Part shown: in pieces, positions 30,696 to 43,955 of the stretch
Layout of the letters: each line of letters begins with the position of its first letter
How positions within the stretch are numbered: position 1 is the first letter of the stretch
Assembly: GCF_009914755.1 (NCBI RefSeq)
Contig: NC_060934.1
DNA from: the human T2T-CHM13v2.0 reference genome, Homo sapiens
Direction: 5' to 3' (one strand)
DNA length: 64,000 nt
Notes under the pieces: model-generated
What the model was told of the DNA's origin: nothing
Seen by the model: the letters and a program-made list of their open reading frames with translations, nothing else
The model's database searches: none
Position numbers and translations under genes: made by a program

Positions 30696-32165
30696 AAGAA
30701 ATGGCAGTGATGGCAGTGATGATGAGAATGATCGTAGCAGCCTTCTCCAGGAGGTGAGGCTGGAAGAACGGTCCTGCCTGCTGGGAGGATCATCTTAGAT
30801 GTGGTTATGTCAGAAGCAGGTCCTAAAGAACTGGGTGGGGTTTGGACATGCCATGAAGGGGTGGGAAGGAACGAAGGGACCAAGCAAAGGTCCAGTAGCC
30901 AGAAAGCTGGAGCTCGCCCAGGAAACAGCCAGTGTGGGGCCAGAGCACTGGAGAGCAGGGGAAGAAAAGGGGAAGCAGGTCGGGCAGGGTGTTGGGGGCC
31001 AGGTCTAAGAAGCCACTAGACTTGGTCCTATAGGCATTGGGGGCCGCTGATGCTGTGTGGTGCAGAAAAACTCCTTTGGGGACCATTGTGTCAAATGAAA
31101 GAGCAAAGAGTAGCAGAGACCTGTGAGGAGCCTCCTCAATAGTCCAAACAAGAGAAGAGAATTCTCCAAACCAGGGTAGTCAGCTGGGGATGGAGAGGAG
31201 GCAGTGGGTGGCAGAGACGCCACGGCTGAGATTGCTAGATGTGAGTGTTCCCAGCTGTGAAATGGGGGCCAGCTGGTTTTGACTGGGGCCAAGGAGGCCA
31301 AAGCCATGTCCTTCCTAGAGGGCTGGCTCAGGATACCTGGTTAAGGGCTTATACCACTCAGATCCATGCCTCCCAGTCAGAGGTGCCAATCCTGGCCCCG
31401 CCATGGGCCAGCAAGTGACTTGCAGGGGACCCCTTCTCTCAGTTTCCCCATCTGTGCCATGAGTGGGTTGAAGGGCTGAGCCCTGAGGGGTCTTTCCTGG
31501 AGGGTCCTCTGATCTCCACCTCCTCCGCCGTCTCACTCCTGAATCTCTGAACGAGTATCAGGCCTGTGTTTCTGGACAGTTCCCAGGGTGACACGGGGCA
31601 AAGGATTATCGGTGGCTCTGGGGAGGCCTCTGGGTGTAGCTCTGAGTTGATTTCATGGTCTTTCAGTCCCGCTTCATCCCTGGTGCCTCCAAGGGCACCA
31701 GCCAAGTACAACTGATTCCATCTCCACCCTGACACTTGAAACAAGGGATGTTAATACAGGGAGATGCTTTGGGAACCAGAGCCTCAAACATCTGGAGTTT
31801 CGCACTGATGCAGGAAATGATGTCCCTTCCTCACGTCAGTCATTCATGGTGCAGAGGCAGGGAGCAGTGCCGGGAGAGCAGGTGCAGCCGCCTTGGCGAC
31901 GCCATCCTCGGGGCTGATAACTCAGCCACTGATAGCTGCCCCAGGAGGGGGTCAGCCTCAAGCTACGGCAGCATTCCTGCCAGCCGTTCCTGCTTATTTC
32001 CCATGATCTTCACTAGTCCCTCTGACTCCGAACAGCATCTCCCTTTCTGTTCAGTGCTGACTCTGTCCTCCAGGCGCTGGCCCTGCAGTCCAGCTTCTCT
32101 CTCCTTCAAGGTCCAGGCCTGTATGACCTCTCTAGGGCTCCCTCTTGAATTGATCGCTCTCTCTC

Positions 32166-32468
<303 letters not shown>

Positions 32469-35400
32469 GAATTGATCCCCTTTTTCCCCTCAGTTGTTGT
32501 TGCAGAGGCCGTACTCCTCTGGTCTGAGATTATAGTCAGTTGGTAATTATTCCAGGTGTGCCCACCTGGCCTCCCAAGTCTTTGGGGACCAGAAGGCTGG
32601 CAGGCCGTTGGGGTGAAGGAGCATAGGGAAGCAATGGCACCACCTTGTGGACGGCCTGCTTCACGGGCCTTGGCTGAATGCGTGGAGGCAGAACTGGGGT
32701 TGGGCTGTCGCCTGCCCTTGTGCTTGGGTCCCTACCTCTGTAATGCCACTGAGGGTGGGTGTCTGAGCATCAGCCTCGGGTGTGGTGGGTGATCCACACG
32801 TGCTTCCCGGATTCAGTGCTGAGTGTGGTGCCCACTGGGGTGGCTTCATGCCCAGGCCTGGCCCCTGCCTTCCTCCTCAGCACCCCTCCTCCCCAGCCTG
32901 CCTCAGTGTCTGAAATACTCCAGATCATTCCTGCTTCAGGTTAAGCACAGATGGCGCCTGTGAAGCGGCAGTTGACCTGGGAGGGGTGCGGCAATGAGCA
33001 TTTGCTGTACCAAGGGGTGCTGGGGGCAAGGGATTAGCCAGCAAGTCACCCCATTCACTCTAAACCCATTGCTGTACAAATGCAGCTTCAGGACAGGCCC
33101 CTAGTTCTTCTCTCCAACCACACTGCCACCCCAACAGTCTCATCATTGAAAATTCCAAGGCCTCCCGTGCATTGAATCGTTAGTGGTCAGCAATACATCA
33201 TCCACACCATGCCTGAATATCCCAGAGGTTTCTGCTCTGATGGAACAGAAGATGAGAGAGGCGACCTACGCGGCATGATACGGTTTAGGGTCACAGCAGC
33301 AGAGGATGCATGAGATGAGGACAAAAAGGAGGGGAGAGGCTTAGAGAGGAGTGAAGGTGCGAAGTCACCCTAGGCGTACTTCATCCGTTTCGGTGGGGGG
33401 TCTGCCCTACTTATGTTCCAAGTGATGGGAAGAGCTTTTCTCCGTGCCCTGTGGTGCCCAGAAAAACATCCCAGGCAAGTTTCATCTCTTGCTACCTGAA
33501 GAGGTACATTCTGGTCATCACAGATATCAGGAACTGCCCGGATCCCCAGAACCAGTGGCATAGAGCAGAGAGCGAGTCTGGGCCATAGGGAAGAGGTGGT
33601 AAGAAGGAGTGAGTCATCGGGGGTCCCGAGGGGAGTTCCAAACCAGCACGAGCTCTGTCCGATCTGCCCGCTGGAATAGCAGGCAGCCTTGGCTCCCCTG
33701 GCCCAGTGCGGCCCCAGGTTCCTCCAGTGCAGGATTCAAGGTCAATTTCCCATCCCAAGAGAGAGGCAGGGCAGGTTCTTTTACCTCCAGGTGAAGGGGG
33801 CTTTTATACAGAAGAACCAGCTCACAGAGCAGGCAGAGTGCCCCCAGCTTCAAGGTTACCTCTGTCCCTCCCCAGCTTCAGGGGGGACCAGAAGGGGAGA
33901 GTCCTTCACCAAAGAAGTGGGTGGGGAGCTCAGCGCTGGGGAGTGATTGCCAGAGGGGTTCTCACAGCCCGCAGTTCCTCATGGCAGGCAAGGCCTTTCT
34001 CATCCAGCCAGAGGGGAGAGATGTCTCCTGCCAGCACCCCAGGCTACACAGCTGTGTCCCCAGGGCGTATCTTGGTGTCTTCAGCTGTCCCAGAGAGATG
34101 ATTACAGAGCCCTGCTCAGGGATAGCTGGGTGTCACCCTGACTGTCATCAGAGTGGACTCTGGCAGGGCCAGGCTGAGGCTGACCACTGTGTAGCTTCAG
34201 CTGTGCAAGGCCACAAGGGGCAGGCATTCATGGCGGGGACTTCAAGCAGAGAAACTCCCCTGCTCCTTCCAGTTAACTTGATCCTTTCAAAGGAACCTTG
34301 GTGCCCAAATTCACTGTTGTGTTAAAGTCGAGGTCTGCAGCTAGAGCTGTTTAAGGAGACCACCTGGTGACCTGAGGGGGTCCCGGACCCCTGGGGCAAT
34401 TTTACCAACGAGCACCACCAAGACCCCTTCCAACCTGGCTGCCTTCACCTCTGCAGGTATCTACAGGCCTTGAGGCCCTCACGCTTGGATTTCTGTATGG
34501 TTAGACATTCAAGGGGCATCTTTGATGGGGGAAGCGTGGCACCCCTGACCATCAGCTCCATCCCAGAGGGACATCCCTGCAGGAAGAGCTAGAGTGCTGC
34601 CCAGCCATAGCTCTCCTGACACTCCTGAGTCCTCAGTGGAGTGAGGGTAACATTTCTCTCCAGAACCCACCCGGCCTGTAGGGTTCCCCCCTCTCCCTTC
34701 TCCAGCCCACCGCCCACCAGCCAGGCATCTGAAACTGCATGGAATTCTCCTGCCTTGAAAGACCCAGTGGATGGATCCCGGTGCTGAGCTGAGGTTACTC
34801 AGAACCCCAGAGCCCTCTGAGCTTCTGGGTGCCTTGTTTCTTACACGGTGTATCCGATCTGACACGCAGCCAGCGGAGGGCCTTCTTAAAGAGTCTCTCT
34901 TTGTAAGTGACTTCCAGGGAAGGACCAGACATCCTCTGGTTCCATTGATGCAAATAATAAATGTCCGACTACAACTACTCGCTTCTTACCCTTCTGGCAG
35001 GTTTGGGCTTTAGTTTCAGACGCAATGGCCAGCAGCTTCTTATTCCCATCTTACTGGCAAAGGTGTCACTCCCTGGAGGCACTTGAAAGGGGGTTGGGTT
35101 GGAATTGTTTAATCTCTTCAAGTCGAGCCAGTGGTTATAAAGCCAGACATTATTACCCACTCATTAACTCCCTTGTTAGGGCTTTGCCCTTGGGCAGAGC
35201 TCCCCTGCCAGCCAATCCAAAGTATGAGAGTGGTGTGACTTCATGTACACAGTTGGGTCACCTCTAGACCCTGGACAATCCCCTTCTCCCATCTGCTGAG
35301 AAGGGAGTTCAGTTGGCTGTCCCTGCCTGCAGGTAGGAGGGTCAAATTCTGCTTTGCCCCTTATTCCGTCTTCTATAAAGCCTTTCCCAGATGACCCCAG

Positions 35401-35619
35401 CTCACAATGACCCCTCCCTTCTCTGAGCCGTGGGGCTCATTGTCTCGAGCTGCATCACTTGCCTCTGCTATGGGACCAAACAGCACCCTGGTCCTCATGC
35501 TGAGCTCTGCAGAGTACCGGGGGCTAGGGTCAGACCTTATGGGTCCTGAGGGGATAAGGTGAGAGTGGGGCACAGGTGGCCCAGACAGCCCACTCCCTCC
35601 AGCCAGATCTCACTCATTA

Positions 35620-35835
35620 GACACCCAACCTAGGTTCAAATCCCCTCTCAGGCACTTACTGGCTGAGTGACCCTGAGAAAATTGCTTAACCTTTCTGGAC
35701 CTCGGTTTCCTCATCTGCAAAATGGACACTATAATAATAGCCACCTCAGGATATGATTCAGTGAATTAATGAAGCAATGTGTTTAGCCCAGGACCTAACT
35801 AGAGTTAGCCTTCAGTATATGTAAGCTATTGTTAC
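35620..35835 (+). mobile_element. MIR
   Basis: cctaggttcaaatccc...cacttactggctgagtgacc...cctcggtttcctcatctgcaaaatgg. Confidence 0.75.
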
Positions 35836-36121
35836 CAATTAAGTTATTTTTATAGGTTTTAAATATTGGGTCTGTGGATAAATTTCATTTGGAGGAGAAA
35901 AGTTTGCTACTAAAACAAACAAACAAACAAAAAAAAAAAACAAGAAGAAAGAAGGTTTGAAAGCCATTGAATTTCAACCAACCCATTTTGTACATCACCA
36001 TGTACAGTACAACCGAGAGGCATAAGAACTTTTCTGTTGGGATATTATACCTTATAATATATCATTTCTGTCTTACTGGAGAAAAAGTATTTTGAGGTCA
36101 AAACCACACTAGCTCCATCTC

Positions 36122-36459
<338 letters not shown>

Positions 36460-38713
36460 TTCATCTTCATCTTTTAATTCTACCCCTGCCCAGCACCAGG
36501 CTGTGCCTGTGGTGGGTAAGGGTGGGTCCTTCCTAGGTGGAAACAAAGGCAGAACCCTGCAGAGTGCACACAGGTGGGCAACTCAGGTCCCCCTTCTGAC
36601 CATTCTGTTTCTCCCCATGGCCCACCCTGCTGGCATCTCTATCTGCTCCTTGCTGACTCGCACCAGGCTCAAGGTCATATCCTGGCACAACACATTGTAT
36701 CGTCTTGCTCACGAACAGACAACCAGCACCAGCTCCGTGCCAGGCCTTGGGCCCTCCTGGACTAAGGGTGCCAAGCCATCGGCTCTCTCCTTCCTGAAGC
36801 AGATTTGCCCAGGGCCTCGGGATTTGTGCTAATATTCAGTTGCTCTGAAGTAGCCTGGAGGTACTGGTTCCCAAGAGACTCAGCTGCCAGAATTTCCAAG
36901 AAAGTTCTCCAAGTCTTAGAGGCACAAGCCCCCAGTTGTCGACTCCCAAATCTCAAAGGACCCTTCAGGCATCTCTGGAGCAGCTCCTTCCTGTTTCAGA
37001 GGGTGAGACGGAGGCACAAAATGGCCAAGGTCAGAGGCCGGGCCAGAGCTCAGGCTCCTGGCTCTTGGCCTGGGGCTCCTCCCATGACATCGAGGATCTT
37101 TTCTGCAAAAGTTGTGACCCGTGCTCTGTGGGTTGCTCTTCTGTGTCTCCTGGGGCAGAGTGGGAAGGCAGGTGGGAGACAGCAGCCACTACCCAGGCTG
37201 CTGTTGGTAACTGGGAAATGTGCTCTGAGACTGCTGTTTGGTGGGAATGGCTTGGCCTGCACTTGGGTAAGTGGTGTTTACTGTCACAGCAGCTCGCATC
37301 CACACTGCAGGCTGCCCCCCAAGAAGCTGAAGCCTCTCAGGCCTGGCTCAGCTGGGAGACCCTGAGGGCAGGGGTGAGCCTGCAGAGAGGGCTGGACCTA
37401 GAAAAGAAATAAAGAAGGAAGGAAGGGATTTGGACATTCAGAACCGTGGGGAACAGAAAACAAGCCACTGATTCCATTCACCAAGGACAGGCCAGCTGCT
37501 GCCTCGGGCGTCCCCTCCACCCCCAGGGATTGACACCCCCGCCCAGAAACCATCCGGTGGACTCTTAGCAAATCAGCCCCATAGGGAAGAGGAGGCAAGG
37601 CTTTCAGATTTCAGCATCCTTTTGGGAGAGAGCTGTGTCCACACCCCATCTTTCTGAGTCCACTCCCAGCAATTTTCTCAATTATCTCTTTAATTTATTA
37701 AAAACCCATCTCAAAGCCCAGCTGGTGAGTCAGCCCCTGGGAACAGCTGGCAGAGGGTGAATGGTGGGAGGAGGGGAGGGGGTGGGTAAGGCCTGCCCTG
37801 GGTGGAGCTGCCTTCCAGATGCGGCCGCCACTCCTGGGTAGGACACAGCAACTCTCTGAAATGTCCTTTCAAATTTAAAATACTCAGGCCAGCAGCTTAA
37901 CCTAGAAAGATAAAGAAACAACGGTGGTGACATTTATTACGTGCTTGCTACTACTGCCAGATCTGGGCCAAATGCCTTACCTGAAGCTTTTATTGATTTG
38001 CTCCAAGAGAAACTCCTATTCCTGATTGTCTTCCTGACAAGAGTGAGGCTGAGCAGTTAAGACCAAGGCCACAGCTGCGAGTCACAGATCTGGGATTCAA
38101 ACCCAAGCCTGCAGCTCCGGGGCTATAGCTCCCCTCCCCTCCTCACCACCCTCCTCCCTCCTGAGCCTTCCTGTCCACCTTGGCCTGATCCAAACCCTTT
38201 CACACATGAACCTCGAGGCTGGGCAGGTGTTCATCTTCTCTTTTGCCCTCGGAGGAAAGAAGCCCAGCATGGCCAAGGGGCGTCACCAAGCCTGCTGGGG
38301 GCTCAGTGATGAGCTGGGTCACGCTGCACAGCCCCTTATGGTTGGGAGCATTTGCACACCTTGTCAGCTCTGACTACATGCCCAGGCCATGGGGACTGTC
38401 ATTATCAATGTTTTGCAGATGAGGAATGAGGCTCAGAGAAGCCAAGTGACCTCCATGAGGTCACACAGCCTGTAAGTGACACAGTCAGAAGTCTCATCCT
38501 GAACCTAGGCTCATTCACCACCTTCCAGCTCAGCCACCTCCCCAAACCACCAGTGTCCAGGTAGCCCTGAGCCAGGTGCAGCCTGGAGGGGGCAGCAGGT
38601 CACACACTGGGGCACAGACGGGCTGCCAGATGTACCAGCACCCGGAGCGTGGCTGGTTCTTGGCCCAACACCTGTGGGCAAACCCGGCCGCACTGCTGCT
38701 GGCTCCTCACTGA

Positions 38714-38842
<129 letters not shown>

Positions 38843-39362
38843 TAAGTGCCGTAGTCACCTGGCCTGTCCTCCCCGGGCTGCCCAGAGATGGGATGCCGCA
38901 GCTCTCCACCTGACCATACAGGGCACTGAGGCAGGTCTTCCATGCCTGACAGCTTCAGCCAAGTTATACCAACTGTTTGTATACTTCCCACGAAGAGAAA
39001 AAGATATCAAGGTGCCAAGTCCAAAGAAAACATCTGCTGCAAAGGGTATTGAAAGCAAGTGGCTCTCCAGGCTGTTGAGACAGAGGAATGTGCAAACATT
39101 TGACCCTGTCTGGGTGGTTTGGAAGTCTTTCCCAGGGTCCTCAACCCCCACCACTGCCACCAACCCGAGCCAGTGCTACTGATGCAGGGGGAGCTTCTCA
39201 GCCAAACCCCATCACCTTGTCTGCAGGTGGCACGTCTGCCGTGCAGGAGGTGACACAAGTCGATGGCCATGCTGCCAGCAGAGCACCAACTAAACCCCCA
39301 CCCCATCCTGCACACACACACTCTGAAGGCATGAGCACTGAGGAGCACACACAAGTCACTTG

Positions 39363-39403
39363 CTGACACACGCAAGCACACACACACACACATACACACA
39401 CAC
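39363..39403. repeat. Imperfect (CA)n
   Basis: Directly visible. Confidence 0.8.
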
Positions 39404-40251
39404 AGGCTCATGAAAGTTCTCCAAAGCCAGGTTACCCCACATAGTTGGATGATCTTAGGGGCTTTTTGTGTGCCCTTATTCAGCACCACAGACATCAATT
39501 GAGTACCTACTGTGTACCTGGCACTGTGCTGGGTGCTGGGGGATACCAAGGTGAACAAGAACCCAATCCTGGCTTTCATGGAGTTTTTACAAGAAAAACA
39601 GCAACCTGCATGCACTTTGAGGGGAGCTGGGAGGGCCGTCCTGGGACCAAGCAGTGGGTTAGGTGCTGGAGAGAGGCCCTGGTGGGCAGAGCAAGCTTGG
39701 TTGCTGCTCTCTTGGAGCTGCCCAGGAATCAGATCCAACAGTGGGTGGGGTCTTGGTTGGTGACTCTGACCCTGAGGGAATGGCCATCTTGGCTCCCAAC
39801 GATGGCTTTCAGGTTTGGCAGGACACAGACTCTGACGTGCCCCACCTGCCATAGTCCCCTCCCTTCCCCAGGCTCCAAGTGCCTGTGCTAGATTACTCAG
39901 TGTGGCCACTTTCTAAAGGAAAGAAGCTGCCTGCAGACAGTTTCAGAACCTGCCCTGATGGCCTAAGACCCATAGAGATCCACAGCATCCCAGGGCTCGG
40001 CCTGGCACCTGGCCCACAGCAGGTGACCAGTGAATTCCAATGCATGCATAAAAAAACTCCCAGTGGCTTTGCTAGTCCAAGACCAGATCCAGAGCTGCGG
40101 TTCTGAGGGGCTGTGGCCCCACCCTTCCCCCAACCACCCACCACCCCTGATTCCCAGCCCCTCATTAAGTCTTCGTCTGTTCTCAGCTTAAGGTCACTTT
40201 TTCAGAGAGACCCCTCTACCCTTCCAGTCCCCCCAAACTCATTCATGATGA

Positions 40252-40662
<411 letters not shown>

Positions 40663-40833
40663 TGAGTCCACCACACCCCATACAGATCAGGGAGGCAGAG
40701 GGTACACATTTTTCATCTGAGAATTCATATAAAAATCAGTTACCTCCCGTGGGCTCATGGTTAAAACAAAATTAACCCGACTCCCCCTGTTAATTAAGTT
40801 GTGTATTCTAGAAATGCTGTATGCTTATTCAAG

Positions 40834-40837
40834 CACA

Positions 40838-40890
<53 letters not shown>

Positions 40891-40891
40891 A
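40834..40891. repeat. (CA)n microsatellite ~170 bp downstream of exon 6
   Basis: Directly visible. Confidence 0.95.
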
Positions 40892-42064
40892 TTCACGCAA
40901 ATGTAAACAGCATCTCGTTCTTACTTTTTTTACTTCACTGTCTTTGTCAGCAAATAAAGAGCTGCCATATTCCTTGGAATAGTTGCACATCCTTGATTTA
41001 ATCCAGTGCCCTGTTGATGGATATTGAGTTGGTTCTCCATTTTTCTGTGTGGAGCCCTCCCTAAATAATAAATAGCTTTGTACATAAATCTTTAAGTACT
41101 TCTGCAAGTACATCCAGAGAAATTCCTAGCAGAGGAATTTCTGGGTCAGAAGGCACCTGATTTTAAACCGTGAGTGCTGTTAAGCTGCTGTCCAAAACAG
41201 CTGCCCCTGACCTCCAGTGCCACAGTGCCCGAGTGCCTGCTCCTCAGCTTCATCAATGCTGTTCTCGTCTTTTCCTATCCCGTGAGTGAGCAGGGCGCTT
41301 CCTTGTTGCTTATTTTCTTGTCTCTCTAATAATGGGGGAGACCAAGTGTCTTTTCTTGTGTGCTTGCTGTCTAATTCTCTTCAAAGTACTCGCCCATGCG
41401 TGGCTGTGACTTGGGCAGATGTGTCCCTCTGTGACAGATGAGGAAGCAGAACATAGGACCTGACTTAGCTTCCCAGCAAGCCAGCAGTGCTGCCGACGAG
41501 GCCCCGGCCCTGAGCCCCCAGCGCAGTGCTCTGCTACCTTCACTGGCCCAGGATTTGCAGAGCGGGGCGATGCCTGTGTAAAATCCATGCCGGGCTGAGC
41601 TGGTAGATGAGGGTGGGAGCCTCCCCTCCCACAGCCCAGAGTCCCTGTCCCCAGAGGCCTGGCATGCACAGCCATCTGGGGGCATCCAGTGAGAAAGGAG
41701 CCATCCACTGCTGCCTGCCAGCCCCACAGCTGGCTGTGTCCCCCGTAGACACTCAGGAAGCTGCAGGCCAGGAGCCCTTCTGAACCCCACTCACAGCCCT
41801 TCCCTGCCTGCTTCCAGAAATCCAGCAGAAAACCCTTGGCTCTGCGGCCATGGATGGGTGGTTTCTCTCCACCTGACTGGTGGGGATGACAGCGTGACCA
41901 GAGATAGTCTCCTTAGTGGCCGCTGTCCACCCTGCACAGGCACATCATGACTCCAGGAAAGCTTGAGAGGCAAAGGATTGGCCTAGACATCTACTGAGGG
42001 CACCAGAGCCCCCAGCCTGGGTCCGAGTCCCGCCTCTGCCTCTTCCCAAGGAGGGTCCTCAGAA

Positions 42065-42245
42065 AGGGTCACTCACGACTCTACACCTCAGTGTCCTCAT
42101 TTGTAAAATGTGGATGATTGTGCCTGCATTGTGGGCTTGGGCTGAGGAGGAGATAAGATAAGCACAACACCTGCTGGAACAAGGCAGGTGTTCCGCAAAG
42201 CTCAGCCATTTGGCCACAGGAAGTAAACTGCTGAATGCAGTTGTT
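42065..42245 (+). mobile_element. MIR fragment abutting the minisatellite
   Basis: MIR core cctcagtgtcctcatttgtaaaatg. Confidence 0.55.
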
Positions 42246-42246
42246 G

Positions 42247-43570
42247 CATCCATCACCACCATCATCACCATCACCACCATCATCAGCATCACTGCATCAA
42301 TATCCCACCGCCATCATCAGCATCACCGCCATCATCAGTATCACCATCATCATCAGTATACCGCCATCAACAGCATCACCACCTTCATCAACATCACCAC
42401 CATCATCAGCATCATCACCATCATCAGCATCACCACCATCATCAGTATCATTGCCATCAACAGCATCACTGCCATCAACAGCATCACCACCATCATCAGC
42501 ATCACTGCTGTTATCAATATCCCACCACCATCAACAGCATCACTGCCATAAACAGCATCACCGCCATCAACATCACCACCATCAACAGCATCACAGCCAT
42601 CAGCAGCATCACAGCCATCAGCAGCATCACCACCATCATCAATATCACTGCCATCATCACCATCATCAGCATCACCGCCATCATCAGCATCACTGCTATC
42701 ATCAGTATCACTGCCATCATCAGCATCACTGCTGTTATCAATATCCCACCGCCATCATCAGCATCACCGCCATCATCAGTATCACCGCCATCAACAGCAT
42801 CACTGCCTTCATCAACATCACCACCATCATCAGCATCATCACCATCATCAGCATCAACCACCATCTTCAGCATCATCGCCATCAACAGCATCACTGCCAT
42901 CAACAGCATCACTGCCTTCATCAACATCACCACCATCATCAGCATCATCACCATCATCAGCATCACCACCATCATCAGCATCACTGCCATCAACAGCGTC
43001 ACCACCATCAGCAGCATCACTGCCATCATCAGCATCACCGCCATCATCAGCATCACCACCATCATCAGCATCACCGCCATCATCAGCATCACAGCCATCA
43101 GCAGCATCACCGCCATCATCAGTATCACCACCATCCTCAGTATCACCGCCATCATCAGCATCACCACCATCATCAGCATCATCACCATCATCAGCATCAC
43201 TGCCATCATCAGCATCACTGCTATCATCAGTATCACCTCCATCATCAGCATCACTGCTGTTATCAATATCCCAGTGCCATCAACAGCATCACCACCATCA
43301 TTAGTATCACCACCATCGTCAACATCACTGCCATCATCAGTATTACCACCATCAGCGGCATCACCACCATCATCAGCATCACCACCATCATCAGCATCAC
43401 TGCCATCATCAGCATCACTGCTGTTATCAATATCCCACTGCCATCAACAGCATTACTGCTATCATCAGTATCATCGCCACCGTCAGCATCACTGCCATCA
43501 TCAGCCTCACTGCCATCATCAGCCTCACTGCCATCATCAGCATCACCGCCATCAACAGCATCACTGCCAT
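42247..43570. repeat. ~1.3-kb CAT/CAC/CAG minisatellite, basic unit ~18 bp (catcactgccatcatcag), with higher-order blocks
   Basis: Directly visible; the marker atcaatatccca recurs at 42296, 42513, 42737, 43262 and 43426. Confidence 0.97.
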
Positions 43571-43749
43571 TAGTCCCACTTCACCAGGTCTGATACTGGG
43601 AGGCACAGCCAACTCTTGCTGGAGGATCAGTCCTGATTCTGCCAATTACAGTGCAGTCTAGTGGAGCTGTGTTCGCCATGCCCACGCCCGGTTCTGGAGC
43701 CCTGGGCTGTGCAACACACAACCCCAATCTGTGTCCACCTTCCCAGAGT

Positions 43750-43955
43750 GGCAGTGTGGGGTCAGGATACAGAGCATGGGCTGCCTAGACCCCAACTCCA
43801 GCCCACCGCTACCAGCTAGGGCCTCGGGCAACTCATTTCACCTCTTGAAGCCTCAGCGTTCTCATCTGCAGAATGGGGACAATAATGATCCCTGCTCCCT
43901 GAGCTTGTGTGAGGATTATAGAAGCCCCCATGTGTGCTTGGAGCAGTAGGTATTG
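43750..43955 (+). mobile_element. MIR
   Basis: gggcaactcatttcacctcttgaagcctcagcgttctcatctgcagaatgggg. Confidence 0.65.

Noticed and set aside
39007-39909. 300-aa minus-strand ORF
   Set aside because: It runs through a (CA)n repeat and an L2-like fragment and has no recognisable domain.
42247-43570. CRISPR-like reading of the recurring atcaatatccca marker
   Set aside because: The intervals are themselves repeat units rather than unique spacers, spacing is irregular, and this is a human intron with no cas genes.
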